In this document: positions 1-13,050 of the stretch, piece after piece
How the letters are laid out: the number at the start of each line of letters is the position of its first letter
Position numbering within the stretch: the first letter of the stretch is position 1
NCBI GenBank assembly: GCA_037379345.1
Contig: CM074520.1
Span: forward strand, 4,464,001-4,528,000
Reading direction: 5' to 3'
Source: Perna viridis
Lineage: Eukaryota
Length of the DNA: 64,000 bases
The notes under the pieces: generated by a model
Told to the model about the DNA's origin: nothing
Database searches by the model: none
Seen by the model: only the letters and a program-made list of their open reading frames with translations
Made by a program: the position numbers and the translations under genes

Positions 1-9
1 TTTTTTCAG

Positions 10-3000
10 GGGGTCTAGCATCGGTCATATATACCGACACTCTACAGTCTGTTATTTTAGTGATCAGTGCAACCGTTTTGTTTATACTCAGTAAGTACCA
101 TTTGCATTGTGTGTAAGAATTCTGTTGTTTCCGGTCAATCTCCAGTAAGACTTTTATCACCACGATATACTTGTTTGTTTGTTGGGGTTTAACGCCCGAG
201 CAGCAATATTTCAGCTATATTCAGGCGATGAACATGAAGTGGATGATAAAATGAACATGAAATGATGATGAAATGAAAAATGGGAAGGGACACAAGGACA
301 ATGGGGTCGACAAATTTTGATTGCCACTGGAAATAGGGAGAGGTGGGTAGGGTCGGGCAATTTAGCCTCCTGTGGCGGAGCCCTATGGTTCCTACTCCGG
401 GAGAATACCACAGTAGGGTTTTTTAACGTGCGAGGAACGTGGCATCTTTCCCATCACGGTGCACCACTTTGGTTTGCGGTCAGGTTTTCCGTATTATAGC
501 CTGACAACCCCAGCATGTAAAACACCAGGGTTACCCCATTCCACCACCTGGGGCACACAACCCAGTTGCTCTGTTGGCAGAGCGCCCTAGCCCCCGGCTG
601 AGGTTCTGAGCACTATTAAGTCGCCTTTTACGACAATTTTAGCGCTGTTACAAGCCTATTCTTTTGACACCCGGACCTGCACGGAGCATCACCATGATAT
701 AAATATACCTCAGAGACATTAAAAATAAAAAATTCTATAACAAACACGATGTCCAGTACCACATTATAGTAAACTATAAAAAGTAGATATTTAATAATTA
801 CAAAATTTAAAATCAACACTTGCAGACTTTCCCATACAAGAGACTGGTCTCTTTTATAATAGCATATGATTATTTAGCATATTTAGTTGAACCTAAACAA
901 GTATATACATGAGAACACAAATGTTACCGGTCACTTTAAGAGTTCATAAAACTGTTAATAGAACCTTCCAATACAATGTTCCCAATTTTTGTTTTATGAC
1001 GTTATATGACTATGAAGTTTTCCATCACAATGTTACATGAAATATTTTGAATAATTTCTATAATACTATCACTGACATACATGTAGGCATGATTGAAGTT
1101 GGTGGATGGAATGCAATGACCTCGAAGTACATGCAAAGTGCAGCGAATTATACTCTTCTAAATCAGTCATTTTACTCATGCGGAATGCCTCGGGAAGATG
1201 CCCTTCATATCTTCAGAAGTCCGAAAACTGGAGACATTCCATGGACTGGTGCCTTAACTGGCCTTTCCTTTCTAGGCTTGTATGTATGGTGCCAAGATCA
1301 GGTATGTGTTTATTTTTTTCTAATTTTCCAAATTTTGATCTACACTAAGTACGATTCTCAAACTTAAAGCATTTATGCCTTTTTACTTAAACCCCGAAAC
1401 ATTTGTTTTTGCTTTCCTATAACGGTTATAGTCCCGTGCAGGTCCGGGTGTTAAAAGAATAGGCCTGCAGCAACGCTAAGCTTGTCGTAAAAGGCGACTA
1501 AATAGTGCTCAGAACCCTAGCTGGGGGCTAGGGCGCTCTGCCAACAGAGCAACTGGGATGTGTGCCCCAGGTGGTGGAATGGGGTACCCCTCGCGTATTA
1601 CATGCTGGGGTTGTCAGGCTATAATACGGAAAACCTAACTGCAAACCATAGTGGTGCATCGTGTTGGGAAAGATGTCACGTTCCTCGCACGTTAAAGAAC
1701 CCTACTGTTAACATTCTAATTTTTATTGATTACTATATTTAAGAATCTTCCGTCTCCGGACTTTGGAATTCATCTTGATTGTCGCTAGGACTGAATTTTG
1801 ACTCGCTTTTGACATTGTGTGTTTAAATTATTATGAAAAAAAAAATGAATTATGCGTTATAGTTTTGTGTATATTTTTTATGTTTTAACTTCTTAAGCTG
1901 ATAGTTCAAAGGACACTGTCGGCAAAGAATATGGTACATGCAAAGGCAGGTTCACTCTTTGGTGCCGTTCTGAAAATAACAGGATTGCTTTTGTTTGTTG
2001 TTCCTGGGATGATCAGCAGAATATTATATCCAAGTTTGTACATTATAATAGATAAACTGCTCTAAACTCTACTACCGTTAAGTAGCTGTTTATATAAATA
2101 GACTAGATGTGATTTAAGTAAAAAATAACCCACCAAATTCATGATTAGAGGCGATTTAAGTAAAAAAACCTACCAAATTAATGCACTTTTATTTCTAATA
2201 TAAAAACAGACCACATAGTGTTAGTTTGTCATTCGGTATGTACTTTTGAGATGAAATTATATGAAATGTGTACATGTATGAAATTGACTCTTTGCAAGAT
2301 TTTCTGTTAATATGTGGAATTGTATAGATTGTTTATGATTGTGTAAATGTCTATTAACACATTAACATTTTATAAACATAAACTAAGTTAATAGTCTCTG
2401 GATTTCCATTTTGCCAATTATACCGTGCTAAACGACACTGTAATGTTTTGGAGTACTTTGCTGTCTGAGCGCTGGGTAGAGACCAAATGAATAAATTTAT
2501 GTACATGTTAACTGGTATATTGTAAAAACACAAGTTACCTTCTGTCTATGTTCGCAGTGAAAAAAGGAGCGTTCTTTACTTAAAGAAATCGTTCATATCA
2601 GAATTAAACTCAAATGTGTATCTGGGAATGAACTATAATACTAATATATGATGAACCGTTGTAGAACAATGGTATAAAGATACAAATCATTCATTACATA
2701 CAAAGGTACAGCGGCAGATGTAAAAAAAACAAATAAAGAAATTCGAAAGAGTAATCAAGGGAACCAAGGTTATAGCGGTAATCAAAAGAATGTAATCCAG
2801 GGACAACGACCAGACATGGGAAACAGACATACACAACAAAGAACATCAAGTAACTAAAATCATACATACAAAGTAACAAAAGCAAATGAGCAACTCAGAC
2901 TCCACTAAACAATGGAAGCATGGACCAGGTGCACCGGTAGGGTAAGCGTCCTCTGCTTTTCTAGAAACATCCACCGAGTTGCTCATAAAAAGTCAAGTCC

Positions 3001-6000
3001 GGGGTAGACGAAAGAGGAAAGGAAAAGTATGACACGTTGAACAAATCAGTTTTCACGGCGTAGATGGATACGCGGTAACGATCCACGAGTTCATGATGAC
3101 GACCATAAAACATTTGTAGTGATGATTTCACTTAATTGTCAGTTCATATCAATAACATCGTTTCTCCTTTCAGATGAAATTGCTTGTGCTGATCCTCAGA
3201 AGTGTAAAGATTTCTGCAATAATGAAGCCGGATGTAGCAACTTTGCATACCCTCTACTGGTACTGAGGCTATTACCAAAAGGTATTTGATGAAATCACAA
3301 ATTCAAATTAGTTTGTTAAAGAAAACTCACATGGAGCTTAAGAGAACAATATCAAAGCATATATACATATATATTGAGAATATAGCTGACACAAAAGAGT
3401 CAATAGAGACTACATACCAAGGAAGACAATCCAGTTCCTATGTATACATGTATAGAAGAATCAATGACCGAACACAAGTAATGTCAATGCAATTTTCAGT
3501 TTCCTTGCCATCACATTCGTTAAATATACTTGGACATAAAAATCTGGAAATATTTCTGTATACACTGGCCTCTTCATTATTCATCAGCCAAATAAATTTA
3601 CTATCATTATTAAGTATTGTAATATTCTTATTATAGCCGCTATCAATATAGGGTTGTCTTGTAGCTACATATTTTTCACAAGGCATTGAAATGTTTCACC
3701 AGAGGGGCAATTCTTGCATGTTCTGTCATTAACAGGTGTTTTTTATTATTGTATATCTTCCTGTACAGTCATCACTACAGAAGTTTTATGGTCATCATCA
3801 TGAACTCGTGGATCGTTATGGTGTATCCATCAGCACCATGAAAACCGATGTATTCGACGAGTCATAGTTTTCCTTTCCTCGTTTGTCTACCCCGGACTTG
3901 ACTTTTTATGAGCAACACGGCGGGTGTTTCTAGAAAAGCAGAGGACGCTTACCCTACCGGTGCACCTGGTCCATGCTCCCAGGTTTTAGTGGAGTCCGAG
4001 TTGCTCATTTACTTTTGTTACTTTGTATGTATGATTTTAGTTACTTTATGTTCTTTGTTGTATATGTCTGTTTTCCATGTCTGGTCTTTGTCCCTGGATT
4101 ACATTCTTTTGATTACCGCTGTAACCTTGGTTCCCTTGATTACCCTTCCTAATTTAATTTGATATTCATTACATTTCCTTTGATACACCATTTATCTCCT
4201 TTGATAGTTGATTTAATTCAAAATCCTAGAACACATATTAGGTAGGCGGGGGAGTGTGTGCCAATTGAGACATACCAAGGACATCAAACAGTACTGGTGT
4301 GTAAGAGGAAAGCCCGAATATCCAGGTTGAAAATATTATCGAACCTTTAGAATAGATAGGGCTATAGAATTATTGCGTTATTCACGCAGATTGTATATTA
4401 AAATCAATTTTTATAGTCTTGGTGATATTTATAAGGTAGATGTAGCCCTTTCATGGTAGTTTTTTTCTAGTATATATGTATATTTAACAGGTCTGAAAGG
4501 ATTGATGCTGGCGGCATTACTGGCAGCTTTAATGAGTTCATTAACATCCATACTAAATAGTGCTAGTTCTATAATGACTATGGATATCTGGCGCCAGTTT
4601 AGGAAGCATGCTTCCCAGGCTGAGCTGATGATCGTTGGTAGGATAACTGTCTTGGTACTGGTGACGGTCAGTATCATTTGGCTGCCGATACTGGAGGCCG
4701 TTGAGGGAGGAATGTTTTGGTTTTATATGCAGGCTTTGAGGTCTTATCTGATTCCACCAATGTGTGTTCTATTCCTTCTAGCATTTTTCTGGAAAAGACT
4801 GACAGAACAGGTTGTTAATTTTGTGTAATTGTTTAAACATGCCATGTTTTTGCTTGCTATAAAACCGTGGTATACATGTAGATGAAACAGCAAAACAATA
4901 ATAAAATGCACACCGTCTCTATATCTTCCCAAATGGACATATATTTTTTGCAAACATTATCTTTTTTCTTGTTTAGTAAAAATGTTCGGACTGAAATTAA
5001 AACAAAATAAAGGCTGTAGGCTTCTACCATATCGCACTTTAAGTCCTGTATTGAATTATATCCAACCTGATAAAAGTAAATGAATAAGGATAAAATCTGT
5101 AAATGTTGCAAACCATTTTATTCTACATCGATATTGAAAATCGTTAGTCATTTTAATTTTTCGTTATTTACAGGGAGCTTTCTGGGGCTTGATGTTAAGC
5201 TTGGTCGTAGGTATAGTTCGGATGGCTCTAGATTTTACTTATTTAGCCCCAGTCTGTGGTAGCGGCGAGGCTGACAACAGACCATCTATCGTCAAGGATG
5301 TCGACTTTTTACATTTTGCGGCAATTCTAGCAATATTTAGCTTTATTGCTATGGCCGTTATCAGTATGTTGACATCACCGAGACCGGAACGAAAGGTAAA
5401 AGTTAATACATTGGTCTGTTGGCGGACGTATAATGATATACCGCTCTTCGTCCGTCTGCTCACCCGTCCACAAGTCGTACAATAAAACATATATTGTAAT
5501 AGGGATTTTTTCTTGGCTTTTTATTATCTTAGTTTTCTTTTCTCATTTTTTACACCGGGTAGTGGAGACAGGCATTACCATCTATATCGCAGTTGTTTAT
5601 AGGGTTTGTAAGTCTCGTTCTAGTTCCATTTTTCTTCCTGGAATTATCGGTGTAGAACGTATGGAAATCCGAAGTCCGATCTGAATTTTATTGTTTACTT
5701 CCGGGATCTCGAAATGCTTATCAGGCACGAGACCGCAATTAATTTTCAAGTGCATTTCAATATACACATTTGAGCAGATTAAAAAAATTCCACCGGCGCA
5801 AACTGAATAAAACTTCTCTGGCCTAAAGATATGTACAAACAGGATTTTATATATAAATTGTAGAAAATTTTACCATCATTTTCTGAAATTAATACATATA
5901 ATTCGGAGATGGGGTAAACATGACAAATGAACTGAGTTAAAAGTCCTAAATTTTAACCTTCTTCCACTGAACCAAATCACAACTTTTAGTCAGAACTAAT

Positions 6001-8488
6001 TAATGAAAAAAAAATCCCATGTAATTTTAACCTATTTTCTACCAATTAGAGGCAAAAATTCAGCAAATAAGTTTCCAGTAAAAATATGAAAAAATGTGGA
6101 AGGTACCTACTACCAAAGTTGGAACTATATTCATATACAACGAAAACCAAGGGGAATTAATTGTATTCTCGTACCATCATTTTCATCATGTAGAACCTTA
6201 TGTTAATCATTTTTATCAGTATCTTTACACGAACGTATTTTGTGCTCTTACATATTGCACTCAAGGCAATGTTTATGACGAATCACCATGCCTTTGAATG
6301 GTAGAAGAGGACCCATTCTCATAAAATGAGAACCACGCCATGAAATCATGTGACAAGACTTGTATACCCTATTGGAATAAGTCACAATTTCAGTATATAC
6401 ATGTATAGTCTGTCTGACGTTTATAAATCTTTTAAAAAAATCTTGAAAATTTATGTTAAAATATTTTAACTTTTCTACTGCAGATAATACACACGAACTC
6501 GGAAATATTTTCATTTCTTTTCTAAGGCAAAGATATTCCTATAAGGCTTAATGCAATTTCCATAGGAACTTTCAGTTATATATATTTGAAGAGCTAAATA
6601 TTACAGTGCATAAACTAAGTCATGTGACATCAACTGATTTAAATATCTATAGATAAAATCATGCTTTCTTATCTTGTGTTGACTTCTATAGATATTTGAA
6701 TTTCGTACAGTGACCAAGCTATGTTGTCTAGCTTGACTACATATAATTTTGTTTTATAAATTTATATTATGCAGAAATTTAAATAGCTGTTCTAACATTT
6801 AAACAGTCTGAGTTAAAGTTTAAAAGTAAAATTGCATTAAGCCTAATGAGTGTAAGAATATTTTATGTCTGTGGTGATAAAAATCTAACATTATATTTCT
6901 CTGGAGTTTGTATGCACTATGGAAAAGCAAATTCAATTTTATAAGACAATATAAAAAAATGTATAAGAAAGTACTTTCGAAGATTAAGAAAACTGAAACG
7001 GACCGTAGAAGATTGTCAAATGTTTGAGCTCACAGTTAGTTTTATCTTTATCCGAGTTATATATATAAAGTCTAAAGGAATCTGCCAAACAGCAAACTTA
7101 ATGAGTTATCCGAAATATTAAATGTAAATTTTACCATGTTTTGGTGATGTAAAGACACAATCACCCACAGCGTACGTGATTCAGCTTCTGAATCTGTTTT
7201 GATCTTGAACTTTATGAGTTTTATGCTGAAGAAGGGTATCAGTTATCCGAAATATTCAATGTAAATTTTACGGAGCTCATTCATTGTTTATGGTACACCG
7301 CCATCTTTCTCCAAGGAATTTCAAAGCTAATACTTTCTACTCAGTCAATAATTTCCTAATTATTGTTAAATAAATAAATAAATGTAAAATGGTATCCATC
7401 GACGTATGAAAAGACAAAACAGTGGTTCTGCACTTGCGCAATCGTCTACTTCCGTGTCACTTCCGTCAGAATATTTTTAGCCTTAGAAGTTTCAAAGTTC
7501 TGAGCCCGGTTTCACATGAAAACCTCAAGTTGAGATTTTTCTCAAATCCTTGAGTTTTTCCTTAAATATCCAAATTCAAGAAATCTGATTGGTCGAAATT
7601 TCAGTTTAGAGAATATTTTAGGAAATCCTCAATTTGAGATTTTTTATGAAACCCTGGCCTGGTCTTGCATTCTACTAAAATAAACCGACGCTGCTTCGTC
7701 AGTATGGGAACTTAAAAGTCGCTTAACATTTTAGTTACGACGTGTTACGTACTGGACAAAGGATGACAAAGCAGAACCGGAACTCTCATCTGAAGAGGAG
7801 GAGGAAGTCGAAAGAGAAGAAAACAGGAAACGGAGAGATGAGCAACAACATGAGGACACTGACGGTAATGAAAAATTATACCATTATATTTTGTGACAAA
7901 AAAAATGGATGTTCAAACTAAACTAATTAAACAAAAGTAACACATATGAATGAGAATGCAATAATAAAAAAAAACCCCAAAAACAAACAAAAACAGAAAA
8001 AAAAACGTTTATCTCCGGATTTCTACCAGTCGAAGCATCTTCTTGTGTCAAAGTTGTTAAAAAAGCACCGGTGTCTTACCAATGTTATATAACACAATTA
8101 CACGGGGAGATATTACATCAACAGTTAAATTGAACTTGATTTATACATATTGATATTAGTGGCCTTTTCAGTTGGCTTTCATTTATGTTTTAAAAACTCG
8201 ACCACGTTTAGGTTCAGTAATTACATTGCAACTTCTGATATACAGCTTCATAGCAATGTTTGCCCTACTTTTTCAGAGGATTTTGTCGCAAGATGTCGGA
8301 AATCTTTCCGGGACTGGGTATGTGGAACGGTGGATGATTCTAAGAAGTACCTGACACACGAGGAGCAAGTGCAGCTCCGACAAAAGATGACGTCATTGGA
8401 AGAGAAGTCGCTACATCGAAGAATTTTAAATATTGCAGCAATACTTGTTGCAATCCTTACAACATTTCTCATCGGATTTTTCTACTAG
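10..8488 (+). CDS. SLC5 (SGLT/SLC5A1-5A9-like) sodium/solute symporter, paralogue A; 5'-partial, last 8 coding exons
   Basis: GT-AG exons that splice in frame: 10-90, 1087-1301, 1898-2033, 3174-3281, 4491-4810, 5174-5395, 7735-7864, 8277-8488 (TAG). SSS-family motifs [72 protein letters not shown]. Every exon has the same length as its counterpart in paralogue B. Confidence 0.95.
170..687 (-). mobile_element. Full-length SINE-like retroposon (non-tRNA structured head, Deu/Nin-like body, (CAAA)n tail), copy 1
   Basis: 14-bp target-site duplication atcacca(c/t)gatata at 156-169 and 688-701. Tail ...gggcgttaaaccccaacaaacaaac. Homologous to 1431-1708 and 18114-18619. Confidence 0.88.
1431..1708 (+). 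mobile_element. Same SINE family, 3'-truncated copy 2
   Basis: Aligns to copies 1 and 3 from the first G (gtcccgtgcaggtccggg) to gcacgttaaagaaccctactg. Confidence 0.85.
2746..3130 (-). mobile_element. 3' fragment (about 385 bp) of the same Penelope-like family
   Basis: Reverse complement aligns with 59796-60150. Confidence 0.88.
3767..4148 (+). mobile_element. 3' fragment (about 380 bp) of the same Penelope-like family
   Basis: Aligns with 59799-60150 (agtcatcactacagaag...cccttgattac). Confidence 0.88.
5723..6176. mobile_element. 454-bp MITE, young family, copy 1 (intron of SLC5 paralogue A)
   Basis: Imperfect TIRs aggcacgagaccgcaattaatt / aattaattgtattctcgtacca. Near-identical, same-length copy at 47965-48418. 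Both copies have tc on each side. Confidence 0.85.
7503..7659. mobile_element. About 155-bp MITE (PIF/Harbinger-like ends); diverged copy at 50726-50882
   Basis: gcccggtttca...tgaaaccctggcc ends and a shared core ctgattggtcgaaattt...cctcaatttgagat. Confidence 0.6.
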
Positions 8489-11169
8489 TTTTAGAAGACG
8501 TTTTTGTAATTTATCATGGAAATTTTATTTTTTGTTGTTTGTGTAGTCTACTTGATTACTCGATTTTCCTGGTACAAAATACGTGTAAATAACTTAACGA
8601 ACCATAATCAGAAACATATATTAGCATGAAGTCTTTTTGTTAAAATACTTTCAAAATGTCATTTTTCTCGGATTATGGACATCATTTTCCTCTTTGATTT
8701 CAATTGTTCAAGCGTCAAGTGAAGTTCATACATTTTTCCAGTAATGTTCTTTTGTACAAATATATATTTTTTAAAGTTTTAAAAAAGGGCTATGAAGATA
8801 AGCCGAAATCATTTTTTTCTATTTTCTTTTTTATTAGATTTTACATGTAAAAACGGTCAGTAATTGTCGGTGCTGAAATAACATCATCATCATCATCATC
8901 ATCATGTGGTTTCTTTTTGTCTAATTTTGTCCCATCCATGTAAGAATGTTTTCATTAGTCCTGGGAAATCGTTGAACATTTTTCCTAAAAAGTCCTCAGA
9001 TACCACAGGAAATATTTCTAATCAACACAGGAATAGCATACAGATTATTTTAAGCGACTCACTATATTGGTTAAGCGAAATGCATTTACATGAAGAACAA
9101 TATGATCAAAAGAGTCAAAATAATGTGTTACTCTTTCAAAAGTAGGCTTATTTTCGGCGAGGACATACATTCAATGACCGTGTCACTGAAAAGTTATTGG
9201 TCGTCGTCTGTTGCGGACGGACTTTTCTAACCTAAAAAATTAACTGATGAGCCTTTTTATTGTTAACTACCGGATATTCAGCTTGTGAAATACTCCAATT
9301 TTTATATACAAGCAAAATATTTTGCGAAATTTTTAATTTACTTAGCATTAGTTATATTAGTAAATAAAAATATGTTTGTGTTTTTTTTTTAATTTTGTAG
9401 ATATGATATATTATTATATTGCTACAAGCCAAGACGCATTCATAAAACACAGTAGTCGGCTATTTATGTGTTTTGAATGAAAATCGATACCCCCACCCAC
9501 ACACACAAATGAGTGTTTCCATCATGCAATACACTTATTAGCGTATAACATCAGCCAGAATATACAAAAGCCTAAGAAGTCTCATGTTAGAAAAGTATCT
9601 AAAAAATGGGGAAAGATTTATACATTCAGACAACATATCATGAGAGTCAGTCTAGTTTCAAGACAAACATGATCTAAGTATACTACATACTAGAAGAGGT
9701 AACGACATCAGTTTGCCTCCTTTGACCTTGAGAGTCATTCATTTAAAACCAGAGAATGTAATGCACCCTTGGGTAGACCCTGTTTCGGATTTCGCTCAAA
9801 TTATGATCTTTTTGATAGTAACATACAATGGAGATGTTTTTATTTTTTATTTTTTTCACAAAGATTGGTTAATATGTAAACGGTTTCTCACACATTTGAA
9901 CCTAAAAGGACGTTGAGAAATTTCGAAAAAGTGTTTCTTGAGTATTTTTCTTGAAGTTCAAAAAATCTACTTTTCAATGAAACGCTAGTTTAAGGATTGG
10001 ATTTTTCCAAAACATATTATGATTGTGCAGTAAGTAGAATGTTGCCTAGTATATTTACGTTTCAGCAGACAAAAAATTATCATAAATATGAAGAAGATTA
10101 TATCTCCACATTTTGCAAAAATGTTGGTCAATGTGCTATAGGCGAGTACCGAACAAGGGATTTCGAGGTTTTTAATGCACCTATCTAACACACGGCTATG
10201 TTATATATCTTTGAAAAGGTTCTATAATTGCACTTTCAGAATTGCTTGGTCGTAAAAATGGGAAATGGTCACAATTTTGTGTAAAGTACAAAAACAGCAA
10301 AAAATGAGTATTTCAAAATCATATAACATTTAAATAAAAACGTCGTTTAAAAATAAACCATACTTTAAAATTATATCAAAATTGCTTTATAATCAATTTA
10401 AACCTTAGCTTTATTCATTTTTAAATTACCTTCTAGAAAGTCTTTAGAATTTAGGAAAAAACGCATTATTTTGTAAAAAAAAAAAACCCAATTTTTTTTT
10501 TTTTGGGGGGGGGGGGTTTCCATATTAAACGATCGACTTTTTTTTTTCTTGCCTTATAAACATAAAAAAATGTTTTCGTCACAAGAACATATTTATCTAT
10601 TTTTCTAAACCTAAGATCGTGGTTGATTCACCCCTTTATTGCTAGAAATGCTGTTTTTTTTAAACGCAAAAACGCGGGAAAAGGTTTTAAAGTGTCAACT
10701 TATAATGGAAGATGCTTATTTATTATATGCAACGAAAAGTTGCGGATTTTTCATGTTTTGTGTCTGTCTGTACGTTCGTACCTGTGTCCTTGCGTCCGCC
10801 TGTCTGTCCGTGCGTCCATCATAACGTCTTGTGGCCTAGGTTTTTTAACGATTTACTTCAAACGTATGTGAATGATTAGAAACAATAATATCTTAGACGT
10901 TTTTCACGTGCATCGGTCAATGGGCAATATTTTATTTGGTCACATACATGTAAAGGATTGAATATACTAAAGTGTGTAAATGTTTGCGTGTTGGGTATTG
11001 TGAGCGTGCTCGCTAAGAGAAACTTATAATGCTTTAAGAAGTTAGAGGCTAATTATAAATGCCCATTCTTAAAATTTCTTCATTTTTTACTTGAGGTTGC
11101 CTTTATTGCTTTTTGATGACTTTAATTTTGATGATTGCCCAATGTGAGAGAACGGCTCATAAAAGTGTC

Positions 11170-12720
11170 AAATGTTGTATGCGGCATGCCAAAACACTTA
11201 AGGTATTTCGAGACAGAGACATTCTTGTTACCTAATGCAACCTAAAAAAAAAGCAGCTCCAGTCGGCTATATGTCTTACACAGAAGTATGAAACTTCGTA
11301 CGGCACAGTTGGGTTGTTTTCCTGAAAGCATTTGGTAAATAGGAGTGACTGCATATAAATCTGTATCTACCAACAGATATCAAAGACTCCAATTTCCCAA
11401 TTTTTACAGATGATGAATTAAAACACGACAGAGTATAAAAGCCACCAAACCACAGAATGTGTAACTGAAAACTGACGCTTAAGTATGCACAGAAAATGGT
11501 CGACATGCCTGTTCACATATATATATATATCAGCAAACCACTAATATTGTATTTCTGCTTGTTGAACACAGTACACAAAAGAATTTGCTGTCTCCAATTG
11601 AAGGTAATTTACATGGTAGCTCAACAACAGTCCGTGGTAAATTTCTAAAGAAGTACCAAGTAATGAGAGGTTTCGGCATGGAAAGAAAACATTCCAATAG
11701 CTTAGAGAAAGCCTAGTTGTTCTGAACAGTATCAGCTGTATGCTTTAGTCGCACCAGTATAAAGCGATGAAACTTTTTCGCCTATTGGCTGGGCTTATAT
11801 TCGACAACTGGTGATTCTCTGATTGCGTTGCCAAGTATTCATTTTTTATTGCTGCTTACCTCCTCACAAACATGAGATGCGGCACTAACTATTAAGTAAA
11901 AATAATCCTTTCCGTCTACTGTTTCAGCATTCATGTCAACTTTGACATCGTAATGGCAGAAAACAGTGGGTATATATTAAGTACAAACATGCAAAGGTTG
12001 TCAGCTACAATGTACAATCAAACCTCGTAATATGAAGCAAGGAATCTATGAAAGTATAAATGCTCAATTAGAAATTATGACCTTTGATATAGTGCAATTG
12101 CAAAGAGATGTCAATACATAGTGTGACTAGAGCATTTGTAAGCAATGGCACAATGCATTCGGACAAACCTTAACTTTTTCTTATATATACAAAAGGAATT
12201 CATGTAAATGTTCCTTTTTCTACATTGCTGTAAGATTTATCATCGAAAAGTCATGTAATAAACCCTGCCGATAAAGAAGGCAAAGTCTCTAAAGATTTCA
12301 TCAGTGTCATTCTGTTCACAGTATGATATTTATTGAAGAACAGTAATCCTAATTTTGCGTCTTTCAACTGAAAATTCCAAATACAGTATTTTGGTTTCTT
12401 TTTCTGAAGTTTACGCAGACATTTGTGGTTGTACACATTCTTTTTTTTCAATTTTTAAACTAATAACTCTGAGTGCCTAAAACAGTTGTGAAAAAACTAC
12501 TTTATGCAAAGTTTGATTTCCCCTGACCTTGATTCACATCAACAACTATGTCGTCCCCGAAATGTTTATAAAGAAATGAGTTGAAGTCTAAAAGAAGCGT
12601 ATTTGAATAACTTGTCTGTAAGCAGGAAGCAATATTTGTATTTTTTCAACAAGAGACCTTTTTCAGAACGAACAACTGTACACTTATAGATTTGATAAGT
12701 CACGTGAATGGTACACGAAC
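11170..12720 (-). pseudogene. Decayed DNA-transposon transposase, Academ-like (superfamily call tentative)
   Basis: Collinear motifs across frameshifts and stops: KHFGDDIVVDVNQGQGKSNF; GFIT*LFDDKSY; SECIV...SLQLHY; HRFLASYYEV; KVDMNAETVDGKDYFY (cf. DNVDxNxETxDGKxTFH); HILWFGGFYTLSCF (cf. RLGGFHTLSCF); LVDTDLYA...QMLSGKQPNCAVR (cf. MLSGKQFNRAVR). Confidence 0.7.
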
Positions 12721-12953
12721 ATGTTCTCATTTGATTTTTTGGCGATTCTGTATCACGCCTAAGTTATGCTGTATTTTGAAATACAAATGAATACGATGGA
12801 GTTTCCGATCTTTTTGCATAAAATGCAAGACGACCAATTGTGTAAGGTATTAGATATAGTCAATTGGTTTGGATATGTACCAAAAAAAGTAGTATTTCTT
12901 CGAGTAAGTGTTTTTAACACTTTAAATGATAATGAAAAATTCGATTGAGATTG

Positions 12954-13050
12954 AAGAGTATTCAAACAAAACCAAAATTCTAGCGAAAATAAAAAGAATG
13001 TAATCCATGGACAAAGACCAGACATGGAAAACAGACACACAACAAAGAAT
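12954..13050 (-). mobile_element. Short decayed 3' end of the same Penelope-like family (others at 16945-17066 +, 60200-60238 +, 62566-62595 -)
   Basis: Shared terminus ...gtctgttttccatgtctggtctttgtcc...ggttcccttgattactct. Confidence 0.7.

Noticed and set aside
4429-4677. Antisense ORFs over SLC5 and HSPA12 exons (also 20688-20891, 28531-28737, 34012-34236)
   Set aside because: Shadows of the sense-strand coding frame.
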